Both the position numbers and the translations under genes were made by a program. Of a stretch of 64,000 nucleotides of DNA, positions 61,364 through 64,000 are shown piece by piece; position 1 is the stretch's first letter, and the number at the start of each line of letters is the position of its first letter. The notes under the pieces were generated by a model that was not told where the DNA came from, did not search any database, and worked only from the letters and a program-made list of their open reading frames with translations. This DNA comes from Phyllosticta citribraziliensis (taxonomy: Eukaryota). The DNA lies in NCBI RefSeq assembly GCF_038025025.1, contig NW_027117351.1, positions 620,001-684,000 of the forward strand, in the 5' to 3' direction.

Positions 61364-62434
61364 TTAGGCTGTGGGAAGCTTGTCGACCAAGAGTCCCTTG
61401 GCCTTGACCCATTCGGGATCGAGGAGCTTGTCCTTGTCGCCGTAGAGAAGCTTGTAGGCGGTGCGGATGGTTCCGTCGCTGACGCCAGCTACGGGGGCGA
61501 TCTCCTTTGGGGTCTTGGGCTTTCCGATCAAGTGGCTGATCATGTAGATGCAAGCAGCGCAAGCGGACAAAGGCGAGCGGCCTGCCAAGCAACCGTTCCT
61601 GACCATTTCCTCCGCAAGTTTCTGCGCCAACATCTGCTCGCGAGTGTCGAAACCGAGGATGCTGGAGAAACGAGCGCAGAGTTCCGGGGGTGAAGTCGCC
61701 TCCTTGTGTTGATAGGTGTCTCCGGCCATGACCATGCCTCCAGAGGTCATGCGCGTGCCCTGCTTGTTTTGCTTGTTGAAGAACTGGTCCAGTAGCTTGA
61801 AGATGCGGCCGATTTCCTTCTTGGAGACGCCCGTCAACTCTTGCAGTTCGCGGAACGATCGGACCTTGGAGGTTTGGCGACATGCTAGGAATAGGCAGCC
61901 GGCGACGACGTGTTCGAGTTGCTTGCCCTTGAAAATCTTGGCGTCGTCCGTCATCTTGAACATGTGTTTGGCGGTGTCGGCGACGTCGCCGCTCAATTGC
62001 CAGCGATCGGTCCATTGTCCGATGAGCTTGTAGGCTGACATGAGGGATTTGTTGCTCTTGTCGGCGTTGGTTTTGCTCTGGGCGCGGTTGAGCTCGCGGC
62101 TGCGGAGGCCGCCGTCGTTGAAGGAGATGTTGGTTTGCAGCTGGGAGCCGTTCAAGAGCGGGTTTGCAGCGTCACCGACACGGGAGGGGTCGTCGCCGTT
62201 TTGATCGTCGTTGGAAAAAGTGCGCCATTCTGAGCGAGTGTCGACGACGCGGGCCGAAAGCACGAGGCCGCAGGATCCGCAGACGGTGTCGCCGTTGGAG
62301 AACTCTTCGATGAGATTGGGAGGCGTTTCTTTGCAGTCCGGGCAGATGAGGTGAATGTTGAAGTTGTCGACATACTCGTCGTCGTGTGCGCTTGCGATGG
62401 GAGCCTGGCGCACCTCACCGGGGGAGAGAGCCAT
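61364..62434 (-). CDS. SUA7: General transcription factor TFIIB
   Basis: Zinc ribbon CPDC...GDTVCGSCGLVL, B-reader VDTRSEWRTFSND..DPSRVG, and two cyclin folds (GRSPLS..AACIY, GVSDGTIRTAYK). Confidence 0.97.
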   Translation of the reverse strand: MALSPGEVRQAPIASAHDDEYVDNFNIHLICPDCKETPPNLIEEFSNGDTVCGSCGLVLSARVVDTRSEWRTFSNDDQNGDDPSRVGDAANPLLNGSQLQTNISFNDGGLRSRELNRAQSKTNADKSNKSLMSAYKLIGQWTDRWQLSGDVADTAKHMFKMTDDAKIFKGKQLEHVVAGCLFLACRQTSKVRSFRELQELTGVSKKEIGRIFKLLDQFFNKQNKQGTRMTSGGMVMAGDTYQHKEATSPPELCARFSSILGFDTREQMLAQKLAEEMVRNGCLAGRSPLSACAACIYMISHLIGKPKTPKEIAPVAGVSDGTIRTAYKLLYGDKDKLLDPEWVKAKGLLVDKLPTA

Positions 62435-62707
62435 TTCGAAGAGGGTGTTGAGAAGCGGATTTGAGGGTAGGCTGAGAGTACCGGTGCTGGTACGAAGAGT
62501 CGTGAGAGGCTTTCGCTGGAGGTCGGCGGCGACTCGAGGAGAGCAGAAGCGTAAAGAGCGTGGCTGACAACAAGTGTCGAGCAGTAGCGGGAAGGTTGGA
62601 GGCGTTGAGCACCGGGTGGAGGTGGTCAGTGGAGGGTGGTGAAGAGGGTAAGGGACAAAGAGATGGGACGGTGCCTGGCGCTGAAGAGAAGCGCTGTCGA
62701 CGGCGCG

Positions 62708-62744
62708 GCTGAGTCAGCGGACGGTAAGGCTGGATTCACGTGAC
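62708..62744. promoter_or_regulatory. AP-1/Gcn4 site (GCTGAGTCAGC) and E-box/Cbf1-type site (TCACGTGAC) in the TFIIB-ATP14 divergent promoter
   Basis: TGAGTCA at 62710-62716 and TCACGTGA at 62736-62743. Confidence 0.45.
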
Positions 62745-63074
62745 TTGGAACCGCCCAACTTTCCATTACGACCACAAAGCGAGTGGTTGAGGAGCATGAG
62801 CCTAGGCGTCTTGACCAAACAATTGCTTCCAGTCATAACGACAACCAGAGTTGGACTTTGTGTTGGCAAACAGAGCACCCCTGCGGTTTCGGAGCGTCAG
62901 GTTGAGGTCGGTACCGGCGGTCCAACCGAAGCCAAGGCAGCGCGCTTCAGCTTCGGTTCTCGGGTCCGTGCTGTTGCGGGCTTGCGGCTCAAACTCGCAA
63001 CTTCGTTCACCTCACTACCCACGGCAGCGAAGGAGACCCTGCACCTCGAGAAGCATCACCACCCCCACGTCATC

Positions 63075-63562
63075 ATGCTTGCTCAGACAATCCGGGCCTC
63101 GGTGAGATGGCAATCTGTCGAATTGTGATGGCATCAACTGACAGCTGCTTGCAGAGCCGTTCCCTCGGCCGTGTCGCCGTCAACGTCAGCGCGCGCCGTA
63201 CCTTGTTGACTCCCACGGCCGTCCGTCAAGGTACATCACATGGCTAGCCTCCAGCGCATTGCAAACGACCCAATGATTAATCAATTGCAGCCGACCTCGT
63301 CCAGGACATGTACCTGCGCGAGCTCAAGAACTACAAGCCCACGCCCGTCAAGCCCCAGGACGCCGAGGGCCACGTCCAGAAGTTTTCCATTCCCGCCGCG
63401 CCCAAGTCGCCCGAGGAGACGGACCTCGCGAACGAGTTGAAGGCGTACGAGACGCAGCAGGTCGAGGTTGAGGGCCAGGCATCCTCGGGCGAGGCTGCCC
63501 CGGTCGAGCAGGACTGGTTTGAGGAGGAGGAGGAGGAGGAGCCGGCTGCCGCCCACCACTAG
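63075..63562 (+). CDS. ATP14: Mitochondrial ATP synthase subunit h; exons 63075-63101, 63155-63230, 63291-63562
   Basis: Mitochondrial presequence, ADLVQDMYLRELKNYKP, DAEGHVQKF..P..PKSPEE and acidic DWFEEE tail. Confidence 0.95.
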
Positions 63563-64000
63563 AGGGTCGGACAGGAAACGGAAACGGGCGGGCAACATCG
63601 TTCTGGACGACTTGCTGCGTGATTGGGGCGGGCCGTCAGACCAAGAGACTCTCCAGCGCCAGGTCAGGGCAGGTTAGCTAGACGATGGAGCTTCTATGCT
63701 TCCTACAAGAATCCTGTGGACGGCACGGGCCGACGTCAGAGTGCACGTTGGTGTGAGAGGAGGAGAGATAGTTTTAGGTCATGTGTTGTGTGCGAGCAAT
63801 TTTTGCGGTTTGCAGCAAGCAATGGATGCATGATTGGGGCGTTTACACCGTGAGCCACACGTCGTTTGCATCGGTTTGAGTGCCCAAGGTCGGATTGCAA
63901 AGTCCCAAGCGGATGATGTACACGGCTTTGATGATGAGAGGGGTTTGCTTTATGGAACGGGGGCAGGGGGCAAGGGGTGGCAGCAGCAGCAGCGGCGGCG

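Overview
Gene-dense, intron-containing eukaryotic DNA from a filamentous ascomycete (Pezizomycotina; probably a Dothideomycete, which is an inference from protein and intron style). Introns follow GT...CTRAC...YAG and intergenic DNA is rich in microsatellites. I reconstructed about 24 protein-coding genes by hand. Most are housekeeping genes: eIF4G, mitochondrial enoyl-CoA hydratase, RER1, betaine lipid synthase BTA1, RPS16, ATS1/RCC1-repeat, kinesin-6-like, Nrd1-like RRM protein, BCS1, OPT transporter, YIP1, HRI1, GMC oxidoreductase, RPL13, secreted 5'-nucleotidase-like protein, ACS-family MFS transporter, CYC3, TFIIB and ATP14. I found no rRNA, tRNA, CRISPR array or intact transposon. The most notable signals are: (1) a head-to-head pair of ubiquitin-system genes, namely a Ufd1/zinc-finger/AZUL-like/UBA-like protein and an F-box-like protein with two alternative Cys-containing C-termini selected by splicing, with a palindromic shared promoter; (2) long, stop-free, in-frame introns in eIF4G and the kinesin; (3) a spliced 38-aa microprotein gene missed by the ORF track; (4) a probable domesticated Mutator transposase DNA-binding-domain gene; (5) a perfect RFX X-box next to a forkhead site upstream of the mitotic kinesin; (6) a possible splice-controlled choice between two N-termini in the MFS transporter. 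All family calls come from motif recognition; no database search was run.
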